From: Paramoeba atlantica
Taxonomy: Eukaryota; Protista; Discosea
Assembly: GCA_977017575.1 (NCBI GenBank)
Contig: CDRNVI010000042.1
Location: 62,001-126,000, forward strand
Direction: 5' to 3'
Length of the DNA stretch: 64,000 nucleotides
The notes beneath the pieces are model-generated. The model was not told the DNA's origin and ran no database searches. It saw only the letters and a list, made by a program, of their open reading frames with translations. Of the stretch, positions 32,193 to 43,058 are shown piece after piece (position 1 is the stretch's first letter; each line of letters opens with the position of its first letter). The position numbers were made by a program, and so were the translations under genes.

Positions 32193-34039
32193 CAGTAAAC
32201 GTCACTATTCTGAGAGTCGCTAAAAATGAGAATTGGGCTGTCAACGTACAACTGGCCAAAATGAGAATGCACTTTGAAAAATGAGAATGGGGCTTCGGCC
32301 ACACATGTCAACGTTCAATTGAATTCGATACTCAAAAATGAGAATAGAAAAAAATAACTTTCTTTTAATCACTGCTTAACTCTCTTCGTATTCTTTGCTC
32401 ACTGCTTAAACTCGCTGCTTACTCTTCCTGAACACCCATGGTCGTGAGAACCATCCTGTCCATCATGTTCATCATATCAATGCTGTCTTCGCCACCTTCT
32501 TCTTCCTCTTCTTCTGTATCAGTTTCTATGAACGAATCTTCGACGGGTTCATCGAATCGAGAAATTGCTTCATCAACATCGATGAATCCCTGTTCTTGAA
32601 GAGCGGTGTTCGGGTCCAAGTTGGAGTGATACTTTTTTTGACCAACCCAAGTGCCCTGATTTGGGATGTACCCCCCGCTTGACCAGCATGAGCGAATCTT
32701 GTCCCGAGAAATTGAATTCCATGCGTTCCTCGCTAAGCGCATCATGACGTCCCAGGTAGGAGTATATTCGGATGGATTCCCACTCTTCTCGGCCTCGTCC
32801 TGCACAAGAATTCTGTATTGGTGTTTGAACATCTTGATAATTCCCAAATCTGCCGGCTGCCAAACATGGGTCAAGCCTGCTGGGCCAAAAAGAACTGAAC
32901 CCCCTCTATAGCCATACTCATTGCTCTGCCGCTACACATCAGGAAGATGGCGATGACCCTCAAAACGGTCCAGTAGCCACAAGAATCTGCCAGACATCAA
33001 GGTTTTCATACGTTCAAATATAGCGGTTGAGTTACGTGCGTCTGCCCATGCATTGCGTTGTATGTGCACGGAGCTGTCGTTTTGATAGCGATGTGCTAAG
33101 TTTTTGGGATTTCGCGACTTGGGATTCGGCTCCCCTTTCAAAACGAATGATAGTGGCATCTTTTCTCCCGCCATAGAAGTACCAATAAAAATTGTAACCC
33201 GGGTTTTGGACTTTATGTTGGACATGGCTTCCGGAGAAACAGTGCCTTTCTTGCAATAGACGTGTTTCGTTCCGTGCGAAATGAGAAGTCCAGTTTCATC
33301 AACATTCCAGACTCGGGCATCGCCGTATGTTAAGGTGTGGAAGCGTACTTTCTGCACGAAGCTTACCACTTCTGTATCCCAAGACGGAGATAATGTCTTC
33401 TTTTCTTGAGCAAGATGACGTGTAAACCCGTTTTTCTTTATGAGTCTTCGAATCCAACAATCTAGCGCATTTTGTTTGCCAACGAATTTGTCCCCAGTGA
33501 TGCTTCGCACAAGGGAAGCAACCTGCTTTATTGTAAATTGCATGGTTTCCTCCATCCAAGATTCCACCTGCGATTTCAGAGTTAAATGGCCTAGATGACG
33601 CGAGACGCGAGCATGCTTGCTCTTTGGTTGAGCAGAAGAAATGCTATCCAAATCCTGGAACCAGCGGTATACAGTTTTTCGAGGAACATCAATAATGCCG
33701 TTTGCAAGGCTATGTTCCATTTTTGCTGTCAGAGTGTCGCCGGGACTACGCCTCACGAGCTCAATAACCTTAAGTTTTTCCTCGTTCGATAAGCCCATCA
33801 AAGAAAATTATTAAAAAGTGTTTAGTAAGATCTGGCAAAGACAAGAGAAAGAATCCATCGGTGAGCGATTGCATTAAAAAACTTTTTTTTAAAAATGAGA
33901 ATTATGATATGACCTCATAAATAAGTGCCTGTCAACGTTCAACAGACCAATTCTGAGAATAGTGACGAAAAACGACAAAAAAGCCGTTTTGTGTGTGTCA
34001 ACGTACAACTGAGCATTCTGAGAATAGTGACGTTTACTG
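32193..34039 (-). mobile_element. pogo/Tigger-like transposon (1847 bp), TA TSD
   Basis: TA|CAGTAAACGTCACTATTCTGAGA ... TCTGAGAATAGTGACGTTTACTG|TA, with subterminal TGAGAAT and TGTCAACGT repeats. Confidence 0.9.
32419..33798 (-). pseudogene. pogo (DDE_1) transposase with a single in-frame TAG
   Basis: CENP-B-like HTHs, NVDETG, RVTIFIGTSMAGEK, NAW, LLDRF and QPADLG. The two listed ORFs are in the same frame, separated only by TAG at 32934-32932. Confidence 0.9.
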
Positions 34040-34199
34040 TATACGACAACAAAAATCTTAAGGGCGAAATTAATTTTTCTATTCTCCCGAAAAATTGATT
34101 TGCAGAGATCACTACTTCAGGAACGGATGTCAAGGTACTATGATCCCCTTTAATAGGGACACCGGGTATGCCTCCCCTATTTCCTCCAATTTTTGGAGG

Positions 34200-34739
34200 A
34201 AAAAGCTCCATTTTTCGGCAAAACTTGCGAAATTTTACACCGAATTTGGGCCGTTTTGATGCCTTACCAGTACAGTAGGGGCAGAAGTCGAATCTGTCGA
34301 CAAAAACGTCGTAGAATGGTAGCTGAGGTCCCAAACTCTCCAAATACGGTTTAGGAGTCGATTCGGAAAAATCATCGTTTTACTCTTTTTTGGGTCAAAT
34401 TTTTTTCCTTTTTGGTCATCCCAAAAATTTAGGAATTTTTGACCTTGTCGGACCTCGCCCGCGCGTACCAGGGGGGGGTACCCCCAGGTGGGGGGGTGGA
34501 AAGTCATCGCCGCGGCCTACTCTACCACTTTCCTGCGCTCGATTTCGAAAATCAAGATTTTGAAATTTTCAAAAAACGACGTACGCCCTCCCCTAGACCC
34601 CCTATTTTTTTCACCGGAGCGCCCTTTTATATTTTTTTCTTCTGTTATATTACTGTGTTCCTCTTTATATTTTCACTGTTTTTGTTCACGTTTTTTTTCA
34701 ATAATCGAGGGTAGACCGGTAGTTATCCAACCACCGCAA
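34200..34739 (+). repeat. R1 family copy (5'-truncated)
   Basis: Homologous to 55380-56044. Ends GAGGGTAGACCGGTAGTTATCCAACCACCGCAA|TA. Confidence 0.8.
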
Positions 34740-34782
34740 TAAGTGTCCCTAGATACAATAAATAAAGGTATAAATAAATATA

Positions 34783-35534
34783 CAGTGGTGTTCAGCCTCT
34801 TTTACCCCCCCCCCCTACAGGTCTTGCATTTTGTTCGATTTTGGAAATATTTTGTATGGGACTGTTTTTCGACCCAATCGTTCCGAATCGGAGGTCCTTT
34901 TCACTCATGGACACCTGGATCATACCTAAGCCGGAAAAAAAACTGCACAAAAGCCGATTTTTTTTCACAGAGTACATTTTTTTCAAAATTGGTACACTTG
35001 TTGGTGATTCATGACGAAGAAGCACCGCCCCCTGTGCTTACCTTCCACGAGGCAGGAGTCTCGTGTGCCCCGAGATGCGCACGGCGCTCGCGATCGATTG
35101 AGAGCGACTTAAGTCCTACAAGACACTCGAAAAACTTCATAAACTTAGCCCCGGGTCCATCATTGAAACTTTTCGCTTTTTTTCTGAAGATTAACCGGAA
35201 ACGTTTAAGAATGCCTTCCGGGACTATAGTAAACGTTTTCTTTTGGTCAAGGAGGCTAAAGTGCATATGACTAAATACTAGAGATAACTTTGCACTCCTT
35301 TTCCACGTCTTCTGACCTACTATACTACTGTTCCTCATCCGAAACATTCAAAAAAATGAACCCAAAAAAGTTGTAATTAGCTTTTTTGACCCCTACCTGG
35401 CTAGGGGGGGTAGGGGGTCGCTCGAGTGAAAAGGACCTCGGATTCGGAACGATTGGGTCGAAAAACGGTGGTACACCAAATATTTCCAAAATCGGACAAA
35501 ATACAAGACCTGTAGGGGGGGTAAAAGACCACTA
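34783..35534. mobile_element. Tc1-related MITE with long (about 125-bp) inverted repeats
   Basis: TA|CAGTGGTGTTCAGCCTCTTTTACCCCCC at the left. 34797-34925 is the inverse of 35420-35528. The right tip is degenerate. Confidence 0.7.
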
Positions 35535-36077
35535 CATGTAAGTTAAATTTTTCGCGCTTTTTTTTCATATTGCCCACAACATGTTATGGTCCATTTGAAA
35601 GTTTCCCTCTTGCGCCTGTGGACGCCTGGGGAAACGTGTGCGAGTGTGGGGGTAAGTTAATTTTCTGGGGCTTCAGGGGTAAAAGAATATAAAATACCAC
35701 GAATACACGTATTTTCGTGGTTACTATACCCGAACTGGTCAAAACTCTTGACAATGTCAATCTGATTTCTTGGTAAGTTTACCTAATCAAACGCAACATT
35801 GAAATTTACGCGCAGTGATGGGAAAAGATGTGTTGCTTCGTAGTCGACAACAAAGAGCATGCGCCATCATGCTTTTACGTGTCCAGGCGAAGAATTAACC
35901 CTTTCGGAGTGATTATGTTAGGGCGATCGTCCGTAATCCCGTCTTTGTGGCATAAATCAAGGGGGAAATCAGAAAAATTGAGAAAAATGCAAGATTTTGT
36001 CTTCCAAAAAACAAACTGTTCTATGTGTATTCGAAATAATTCTATGTTTATTCCAAATAACTCAGATTCCGTGCCTA

Positions 36078-36135
36078 CACGTTCATGAGCCCTGTTCGAG
36101 AGCTCTCGAATGTGCTATAACTTTCCAAAATGGGC
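36078..36135. repeat. Short dispersed repeat centred on the palindrome TTCGAGAGCTCTCGAA
   Basis: Reverse complement of about 7800-7855. Confidence 0.6.
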
Positions 36136-36561
36136 CAAGTTTTACAGATTTTAGACCCCTCCCATATCCAAATTTACGGTCCTGTAAGTTCTGCACCTGC
36201 CTCTGATGCGGCAGGGGGCGGGGTATAATAAGAACCCTAGGGACACTTATTATACCTAGGAGGTACAATAGGTGTCTCTAGGTATAATAACCCGGACGAT
36301 CGTTTAGTTTATTCTAATTTTACTTTAACAAGTTTACATGGGACTTTTCCCTGAATTCTTAGAAAGTAACAGGGTCGTCCTATTTTTCCCCGTCTTGAAC
36401 GTACATCTTTCTATTTATAGTTCATTTATGTAAAATTTTCAAGAGCAAGAAAATAAAACCTTTTGGGCTCGTTTAATGTGGACACGAATTCACTTTTTGT
36501 GGAAAGTCACGCTTTTTGTTTTTCCTCAAACAAATGCCCTTATTTTTTCATTCTCTCCTTC

Positions 36562-36816
36562 ATGATAATACCTGTACGCTGCTTTACGTGTGGGAAGGTT
36601 GTTGGTAACCTTTGGGAGACTTACGAAGCTATGATACGGGAAGAAGATTTAACTCCTTGCGAGGCTTTAGATGAACTTCATCTAAAGCGATACTGTTGTC
36701 GGCGTATGATATTATCTCACATAGACAACGTTGACCATTACGCCGAGTACAGCGCCCCCATTCATGCCACGATGCCTGTGCCTCACAAGGTGGAGTCAAA
36801 CCTCACAGGAGTTTAG
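36562..36816 (+). CDS. RPB10: RNA polymerase I/II/III shared subunit RPABC5
   Basis: MIIPVRCFTCGKVVG ... LKRYCCRRMILSH. Confidence 0.97.
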   Translation: MIIPVRCFTCGKVVGNLWETYEAMIREEDLTPCEALDELHLKRYCCRRMILSHIDNVDHYAEYSAPIHATMPVPHKVESNLTGV

Positions 36817-37085
36817 TACATGTAGATCTGCTTAATATAGAAATTTGTGTTTCGGAGATGATCTCGTGGCTGTCCTCCATCCTTCATACCAAACTTCGTG
36901 GCACCAGCTCATACCAAACTTTGGCACGTACACAACCTTGCGACTTTTACATAAACATGATTTGTAGGATGCTCATACTTTTTATGTGGCTACACAAGCG
37001 CACATAGAATGCTGATCTTACGTTTACCTATATTGAACGAAATTATTCACTGTAGTCCTTTTACCTTTGTATTCTATTCTGCCAT

Positions 37086-38168
37086 ATGCCAGCGCTCATG
37101 AGCCACGCATGGGGGCTGCGTGTTCCCTTACCGATGTCTTCACTGCGCCATAGCCATCGCGCCCTGGGCCGTGTCTCCCCACGCCTTCAGTTGGGTTCAC
37201 CCTGTTTCACCATTTGTCTCCGATCTTTTTCACAACACCCGCTTCGATCCCCATTTGACAGTGACACAAACAAACTTTCACCTCAACTCGGTGGTCTGCG
37301 TCGCGCAAACCTCAACACGCGTTCCTCGCTGTTTGATGTTCGGTTCCGTTTTTGCGCCTCATCTCCCCAAAGCGACCCCAAGCAACCGAATACCCGACCA
37401 GGAGGGGAAAGTACCCCAAACGCTGTCGGTGGGTTCCGCGGTCTCTCCACCCACTCCGGGGAGGAGCAAAAGCAGGAGGGCACGGAGGACGGCTACGAGG
37501 CCGGGGGTGCGGCTTACAACGCCTGGATCCACCTCCCCTTCATGCCGCCCTTCCACACGGTCAACATTGTGATGATTCTCATCCTCGCGAACCTGTTAAC
37601 GTACCTCGCGATGGCCTATTTGAACGATGACTGGCGGGATTGGATTGTCGAGCACTTCACGCTAAGTCACGCCAACGCCCACCGGCTGTACCCGTTCCTT
37701 ACGTGCAGCTTGTACCAGGAACACTTCCTACAGCTCGCGATTGACGTGTGGCTGCTGGTGCAGTTCGGGAAGACCATGCTGGGGTTCCTGGGTGGGGTGC
37801 GGATGGCCGCGTTCTGGGCGATGTGCTGTGTAGGCGGTGGCACACTCCATCTCGCCCGGCAGTATGTCGAGCTCGCGTATGGGATGGACCCTACGGAGGT
37901 CCGAGGACGGTGTTTTGGCCCCAACCCGTTTATTCTTGGACTTGTAGCCGTGGAGGGGTTGATTTTCCGTCATCTGAACTTTATGCAGAACCCCCCGATT
38001 CCGTTTCTTGTGCTTACGGCGTTTGTGATGATTATTGATGTCTGGCGGATCTTCACGACGAAGCCGCAGGAGCACGGAGCCGCCACGGGAGGGGCACTGG
38101 TCGCGTATGTGTTCTGGCGACTCCCGACCCGTGCAATGGGGCTGGACCGCCTCACGGCGACTGTGTGA
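37086..38168 (+). CDS. Rhomboid-like membrane protein, probably inactive and mitochondrial (TimRhom-like)
   Basis: R/S/L-rich presequence-like N-terminus. EHFTLS, H...N-like and multiple TM segments. GPN replaces GxS. EHGAATGG in TM6. Confidence 0.7.
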   Translation: MPALMSHAWGLRVPLPMSSLRHSHRALGRVSPRLQLGSPCFTICLRSFSQHPLRSPFDSDTNKLSPQLGGLRRANLNTRSSLFDVRFRFCASSPQSDPKQPNTRPGGESTPNAVGGFRGLSTHSGEEQKQEGTEDGYEAGGAAYNAWIHLPFMPPFHTVNIVMILILANLLTYLAMAYLNDDWRDWIVEHFTLSHANAHRLYPFLTCSLYQEHFLQLAIDVWLLVQFGKTMLGFLGGVRMAAFWAMCCVGGGTLHLARQYVELAYGMDPTEVRGRCFGPNPFILGLVAVEGLIFRHLNFMQNPPIPFLVLTAFVMIIDVWRIFTTKPQEHGAATGGALVAYVFWRLPTRAMGLDRLTATV

Positions 38169-38479
38169 TGGCAACAGGGGGAAGAGTAAAGTGCTGACTC
38201 AACATGTGTGCTTAGATAGCGTCTAGGAAATAGAAACAACAACGACAACATAAGCCATCGAAATAGAGGTATCCGAAGTAAATTTTCAAAACCATGACAA
38301 ACTCTGTACGAACTGATTTTGATAACTGTGCAGTCTATTTTGTAGTAGGTTTCTCGCGCAGCTTCCCTATATCCTACCCCTAGCTTTACTCCTTTCAAAC
38401 CTTCATCCAACTTCTCCCTTACCCTTTCCACAACACCCTCCCCAACCTCTATTTCTTGACCCCTCCCTCCTTTCCCCCT

Positions 38480-39886
38480 ATGCAACCCGAATCTCCCCCT
38501 CCCCCTCCCCACCACCACCACAGTCTGCTCCGTTCCTTCCTCCCCCACCTCGACCCCCATGTCGCCATCGCCCTCCTCGACACCCTCCCCAAACCCCACA
38601 CCCCCTACACCGACACCAGCATCCTACGCACCCAGTACGCCCTCTTCCAACACACCCAGCTCTACAACGACCTCCAAGCCCTCGCCTCCGACCTCCTCAC
38701 CGGAGACGAGCTCACCCATACCCTCACCGACTACCAAACCAAACAAGCCGCCCTCTCCCAGGCCCACGAGCAGCTCCTCGCCTCCGAGCCCGTACTCAAG
38801 TACACCCACACCGCCGCCACCCCCGAGGGCAAGGAAACGCTCCAGCGCATGTGGCGCGAGCGCACCCTCGCGTCCGCCGGTGCCGAGGCGTTTGCGATGT
38901 CCCCCCGCGACCTCTCGCACCTCCACGCCTTCGCGCGCACCGTCTACGCCTACGGGCAGTACGCGGAGGCCCGGGACGTGCTGCGGTTCCTCCGCGGGGT
39001 CAGCCCCGGGGCCTACAAGTACAGCGAGGACACGACGTGGGGGCTGCTGGGGTGCGACCTGCTGTGCGCGCGGGCCCGCCGGGCGGGGGTGAAGTGGCAG
39101 GACGCGGTGAACACGTTCAACGTGCTCCAGGAGGGGGTGGACCCCGCCGCGGGGAGGGGGGAGGGGCTGCCCTCGGTGGTGCGGCTGCTGCACTACGCGG
39201 TGCTGCTGTGTCTGTGGTCGGAGATGGGTTCCGGGCGGGAACAGCTGTCGGAGTTGCTGCTCTCGGAGAAGTACCTCGGGGTGGTGTGTGCGCATGTGCC
39301 GTACCTGTTGCGGTATGTGGTGGTGGCGGTGCTGTCGAGTGCGCAAGGGTCCCGGGCCCGGGCCTCGAGTTTGCGGAGTCACCCCTCGTTTCGTGAACTG
39401 CTGGCGGTGATGGAGAGCGGGTCACGGCTTGGGGATTACACCGACCCTCTGCTGGACTGTTTCCATACGTTGTTCGTGGAGTGTGATCTTGAACGCGCGG
39501 TGAGCGGGATAGGGGAGATTGAGAAGATGCTTCTGGCGGATCCCTGCACGTGTGCGTATGCCACGGAGGTCACGGAAAGTCTGCGGCGACAGATCATGGA
39601 GGACATGTGCCGGGTTCGCGAGGAGGTGCCGCTGAGCTTTGTGTCCGACACGCTGGGCATAGCTCCCGGGGAGGTGGAGAAGTGGACGATGGGGGTGTTG
39701 CGCGTGGCGAAGATAAAGGGTAAGGTGTTGCCCGAGGAGAAGTGTGTGCGTCTGGGGCACGAGAACACCGCCCCCACGGCCTCGTCCCTTCTCGTGCAGA
39801 AGTCCAAGCAGCTTACGATGCGACTGCAGACGCTGTACAACACGTGTAGGGAGGAGACTCGAAAGCCAATTGAGCAGGAGGGGTGA
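38480..39886 (+). CDS. EIF3E: Eukaryotic translation initiation factor 3 subunit E
   Basis: FLPHLDPHVAIALLDTL (eIF3e N-term), YAYGQYAEA, WGLLGC and PYLLRYVVVAVL, plus a C-terminal PCI domain. Confidence 0.85.
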   Translation: MQPESPPPPPHHHHSLLRSFLPHLDPHVAIALLDTLPKPHTPYTDTSILRTQYALFQHTQLYNDLQALASDLLTGDELTHTLTDYQTKQAALSQAHEQLLASEPVLKYTHTAATPEGKETLQRMWRERTLASAGAEAFAMSPRDLSHLHAFARTVYAYGQYAEARDVLRFLRGVSPGAYKYSEDTTWGLLGCDLLCARARRAGVKWQDAVNTFNVLQEGVDPAAGRGEGLPSVVRLLHYAVLLCLWSEMGSGREQLSELLLSEKYLGVVCAHVPYLLRYVVVAVLSSAQGSRARASSLRSHPSFRELLAVMESGSRLGDYTDPLLDCFHTLFVECDLERAVSGIGEIEKMLLADPCTCAYATEVTESLRRQIMEDMCRVREEVPLSFVSDTLGIAPGEVEKWTMGVLRVAKIKGKVLPEEKCVRLGHENTAPTASSLLVQKSKQLTMRLQTLYNTCREETRKPIEQEG

Positions 39887-40158
39887 AGGGATCAGTATAG
39901 GGAATTTTTATTCTGCATTGAAGAGAATTTTTTGAGACAAAGATGTGTCCTATAACTTTGATACATGGTTTTGACATTTTCGTAATGATGATTATTCAAG
40001 TCGTACATTGTGCAATCGAGGATCAAGCATGATAGAAAACCAAACATGTCTTAAGAATCGAAACCGCATTACATATTTTTTCCGCTTGGATTAAAACTAT
40101 TCTATTCTTCAACCCAAGACAACCCCCTCCTTAATTTTCAGCACCCCCCCCCCCATTC

Positions 40159-41880
40159 ATGTACCGTCGCTGTCTCCGTCTCCTCAACCTCCCACCCGCC
40201 CCCAACAACGTCTCCCAAGGTCTCTCCCTCCTCAACCCACGTCCCCCCACCCCCTCCCCCCCTCCCCCCTCCCCCACCTCTTCCCTTATCCTCCCCCCCT
40301 CCACCCACCATTCCCACCACCGCGACCACCCCCCCCACCCCCCCCGCCGCTGGGTCCGCCGCCCCGACGAGTCCTGCATCCTCCACACCCGCCGCCTCAG
40401 CGACACCCTCCCCCACTACCTGGTCACCTACAAGTTCGCCGACCCCCACTGGTCCCCCCTCCTCGCGCTCCCCGCCCACGACCCCGCGGGGCTCGAGACC
40501 CGCGCCCGCCACATCGCCTGGGCCCTCCGCCACCTCTCCGAGTTCGGCCACGCGCTCTGGGTCACGACGGGGACCCACCACACGGTGCTGCGGCCGTACG
40601 GGGTGGTCGAGCGCAGCTACGTCGCGTGTACCCACGAGAGGGGGAACTGCCAGCGGCTGCAGTGTTACATACGGCATGAGGGGGTGGTGGTGGGGGGAGA
40701 GGGGGAAACCCCGGAACGTGGCCTGGTGGCGGTGTCGGAGATCCGTACGTTGAGTCGGGCGTTTGACCGGATGGAGATGAGTGTTCGACGCTCGCGACGG
40801 GCGGGGGGGATGTCCGCGGCGCTGGGGGCGTTGACGTTGCGGTTGCTGCGGCCGGAGGTGGTGGGGAAGAGAACCCAGGAGGAGGTGACGTTGCTGGCCC
40901 CGCACACGCAGGTGGTGGCGGGGGGGATCAATGCGCGGTGTTTGGCGAGTGGGTGGAATTTTTGTCACCACCCGACGTTGTATCTTCACCCGATGGAGGT
41001 TCCCCCGGTGGTGGGGCTGGATAGTTTTGTCCAGGCGGCGTATCATACCGCGGTGACCACGAATGGGTTGGTGGCTCCCGGGGAGAAGCTGCTGTGCTTA
41101 GCCTTTGGGGTAGAGAGCTCGTTTCCGTATTGTCCGTTGGAGGCGGAGCTCCCGTATACGGTGGTACAGTCCCGCCCGCTGGTCTACCCCCCAGGACAGG
41201 AGATCCCGGAAGGGACCGGGATGGGTACCCCAGTGCTGGGTGGGGCTCCGATACAGTTCTACCGCGGGAGTCTACTCGTGGGATTTTCTCAATACGTTGA
41301 GCACCAGGAGGAGGTCCCGGCGGAGCGAGCGATGCACTGGTGGAGTCAGAAACGTGAGACACCGTTTTATATCCACATGTTTTTTACCCGTGAGGCCCAC
41401 GCGGACGCGCTGCATCTGACGAACGACACCCACGTGAACCCGTTTGATGAGCAAAGCCCCGAGAGCTCTCCGAATGCGTTGCAGCGCTCCAAGCAGCGGC
41501 TGCGGCAGGCGGTGTGGAGAAGAGTAGAGGAGTTCGGGGAGGACCCATGGGGGGACTCGGATAAGGAGTACGTGCAGCTGCCCGGGGAGCCCGTGCAGGA
41601 CACCGAGCCCTTCCTCGCGATGGGCTCCTCCGTGCGTAAGCCCCCGGAGGGGGAGGGGAGCGGGGTGCCAGGGATTGGCGCAACGGACACAGAACAACGA
41701 GCTGTGGGACTACCCACCGAGGAGAGCGCAAGGGGGGTGGAGGCTGCTGTGGTGACCCTAGAGAGTGCTTTGTTGGATGGGGGTGAGGGTTCAGCCGTGA
41801 AGAGGCTAGAGGGAGGGACCGGACCGGAAAATAAGGAGGATAGGAAGGGTGAGGATTTGTCGCGACGGTCGGAAGAATAG
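40159..41880 (+). CDS. Hypothetical protein, 573 aa, possible mitochondrial presequence
   Basis: ATG ORF starting MYRRCLRLL. Globular middle region, acidic tail. No family recognised. Confidence 0.7.
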   Translation: MYRRCLRLLNLPPAPNNVSQGLSLLNPRPPTPSPPPPSPTSSLILPPSTHHSHHRDHPPHPPRRWVRRPDESCILHTRRLSDTLPHYLVTYKFADPHWSPLLALPAHDPAGLETRARHIAWALRHLSEFGHALWVTTGTHHTVLRPYGVVERSYVACTHERGNCQRLQCYIRHEGVVVGGEGETPERGLVAVSEIRTLSRAFDRMEMSVRRSRRAGGMSAALGALTLRLLRPEVVGKRTQEEVTLLAPHTQVVAGGINARCLASGWNFCHHPTLYLHPMEVPPVVGLDSFVQAAYHTAVTTNGLVAPGEKLLCLAFGVESSFPYCPLEAELPYTVVQSRPLVYPPGQEIPEGTGMGTPVLGGAPIQFYRGSLLVGFSQYVEHQEEVPAERAMHWWSQKRETPFYIHMFFTREAHADALHLTNDTHVNPFDEQSPESSPNALQRSKQRLRQAVWRRVEEFGEDPWGDSDKEYVQLPGEPVQDTEPFLAMGSSVRKPPEGEGSGVPGIGATDTEQRAVGLPTEESARGVEAAVVTLESALLDGGEGSAVKRLEGGTGPENKEDRKGEDLSRRSEE

Positions 41881-42015
41881 AGTTTGTTCGTGTATTTTGT
41901 GTTTGTCTTGTAGATCATTAGTTTATCATCGCACAGTGTCGCATACGAATACATGCTTTTGACGACTTGTGACATTTTTTTAGAGTTTTTACTAGACTCT
42001 TGTTTTTAGTGTTTT

Positions 42016-42711
42016 ATGCCAAGACTATTTTGGGCTGATTCCATCACTCTAGAAGAGAACGTAACTAAAAAATCGAATGATCGCAACGCCAGCGGTTCAT
42101 TGGAGGTAGTTGTTCCCTCTATGATGCGTGTCGTAGTCTGTCATGCGGCGCTGTCGCACAACAAAATTTCGCCTTTGCCGGACGGCAGGATCGCTTTATA
42201 CGTTGCGGGATACGCCATTGGCCATTTGATCCCCTCTCGAGCGCTACACACCGATTTATCACTATCCATTGGACCGAGCGAACAGCTCACCCTTACGGCA
42301 AAAACCCACGGTGGGCTATCGCCAACAAACTTTCGTACCATTGATTTAATTGGGTATATGATAACTGTGCGTTCTTCAATTCCGCGAGTACGTTCTTTGC
42401 ACATGCGAAAAACGCGAAAAGGGACACTAAGCGAGAACACGGCAGATTCGCACACTCTGGAAGAGAATTCAGATGATTTGGATACGATCAGTGTAGACTC
42501 TGTGTCTATTCATGGCGTGCAATACTATCAAGAACGCTGTACCAACCGCTTATTCTCGCACAGTAAAACTTCCGCAGATTATGTAGGCGAGTACAATGCA
42601 AGGCATCACGCCATCTTGTACACAAATGCGTCAGAACCTCACCAGAATATCCAAAGAGCAGAGAAAAGGAGAAGGGAAACCTCAGAAGAGGATGATGATA
42701 CAGTCATCTAA
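42016..42711 (+). CDS. Nucleoplasmin-like (NPL) domain protein
   Basis: FWA..., VVCHAAL, IGHLIP, DLSLSIG and IDLIGY match the NPL pattern FWG/ls.aaL/lctL/ldL.f/vHLsGY. Acidic C-terminal tail. Confidence 0.55.
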   Translation: MPRLFWADSITLEENVTKKSNDRNASGSLEVVVPSMMRVVVCHAALSHNKISPLPDGRIALYVAGYAIGHLIPSRALHTDLSLSIGPSEQLTLTAKTHGGLSPTNFRTIDLIGYMITVRSSIPRVRSLHMRKTRKGTLSENTADSHTLEENSDDLDTISVDSVSIHGVQYYQERCTNRLFSHSKTSADYVGEYNARHHAILYTNASEPHQNIQRAEKRRRETSEEDDDTVI

Positions 42712-43058
42712 AATAATACTAAATAGTACTAAATAATAAAATCGTATATCTAGCAGATCCTTCAACCGTTTCGAACGTGATTTTTTACGGCGATTATACC
42801 CATTCATTCTATTAACTGATAGTAATGTTCGTCGTTTTATGCGTGACTATATAGACGCATAATGTTTTGTCCTTATTTTAATTGGAGGCACGGTGTAATA
42901 GTATGGCGTTTCATTCTTTCCGCACCCTCCCCTAGTACACTTTCTTTCTACCCTTTGCTAAAGTCATACGCAGTGACCTATTCCTACGTTTTTTCCATGA
43001 GATGAATGGGCGGGACATTTGAATATTCAGTTTTTATATAAATTTTCTTTTTACGAAA

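Noticed and set aside
5526-32934. Stop-codon reassignment suggested by single in-frame TAGs in the RNase H and pogo ORFs
   Set aside because: Conserved host genes have no in-frame stops and terminate with TAA, TAG and TGA. Ordinary nonsense mutations are the simpler explanation.
34738-36290. Possible larger element bounded by AATAAGTGTCCCTAG / CTAGGGACACTTATT
   Set aside because: The match is only about 15 bp, overlaps the R1 end, has no TSD, and a third direct copy near 36268 makes the boundaries ambiguous.
18628-41975. Long overlapping antisense and alternate-frame ORFs over the kinase, eIF3e and 40159 genes
   Set aside because: These are shadow ORFs caused by extreme C/G skew and few stop codons. 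They are low-complexity and have no recognisable domains.
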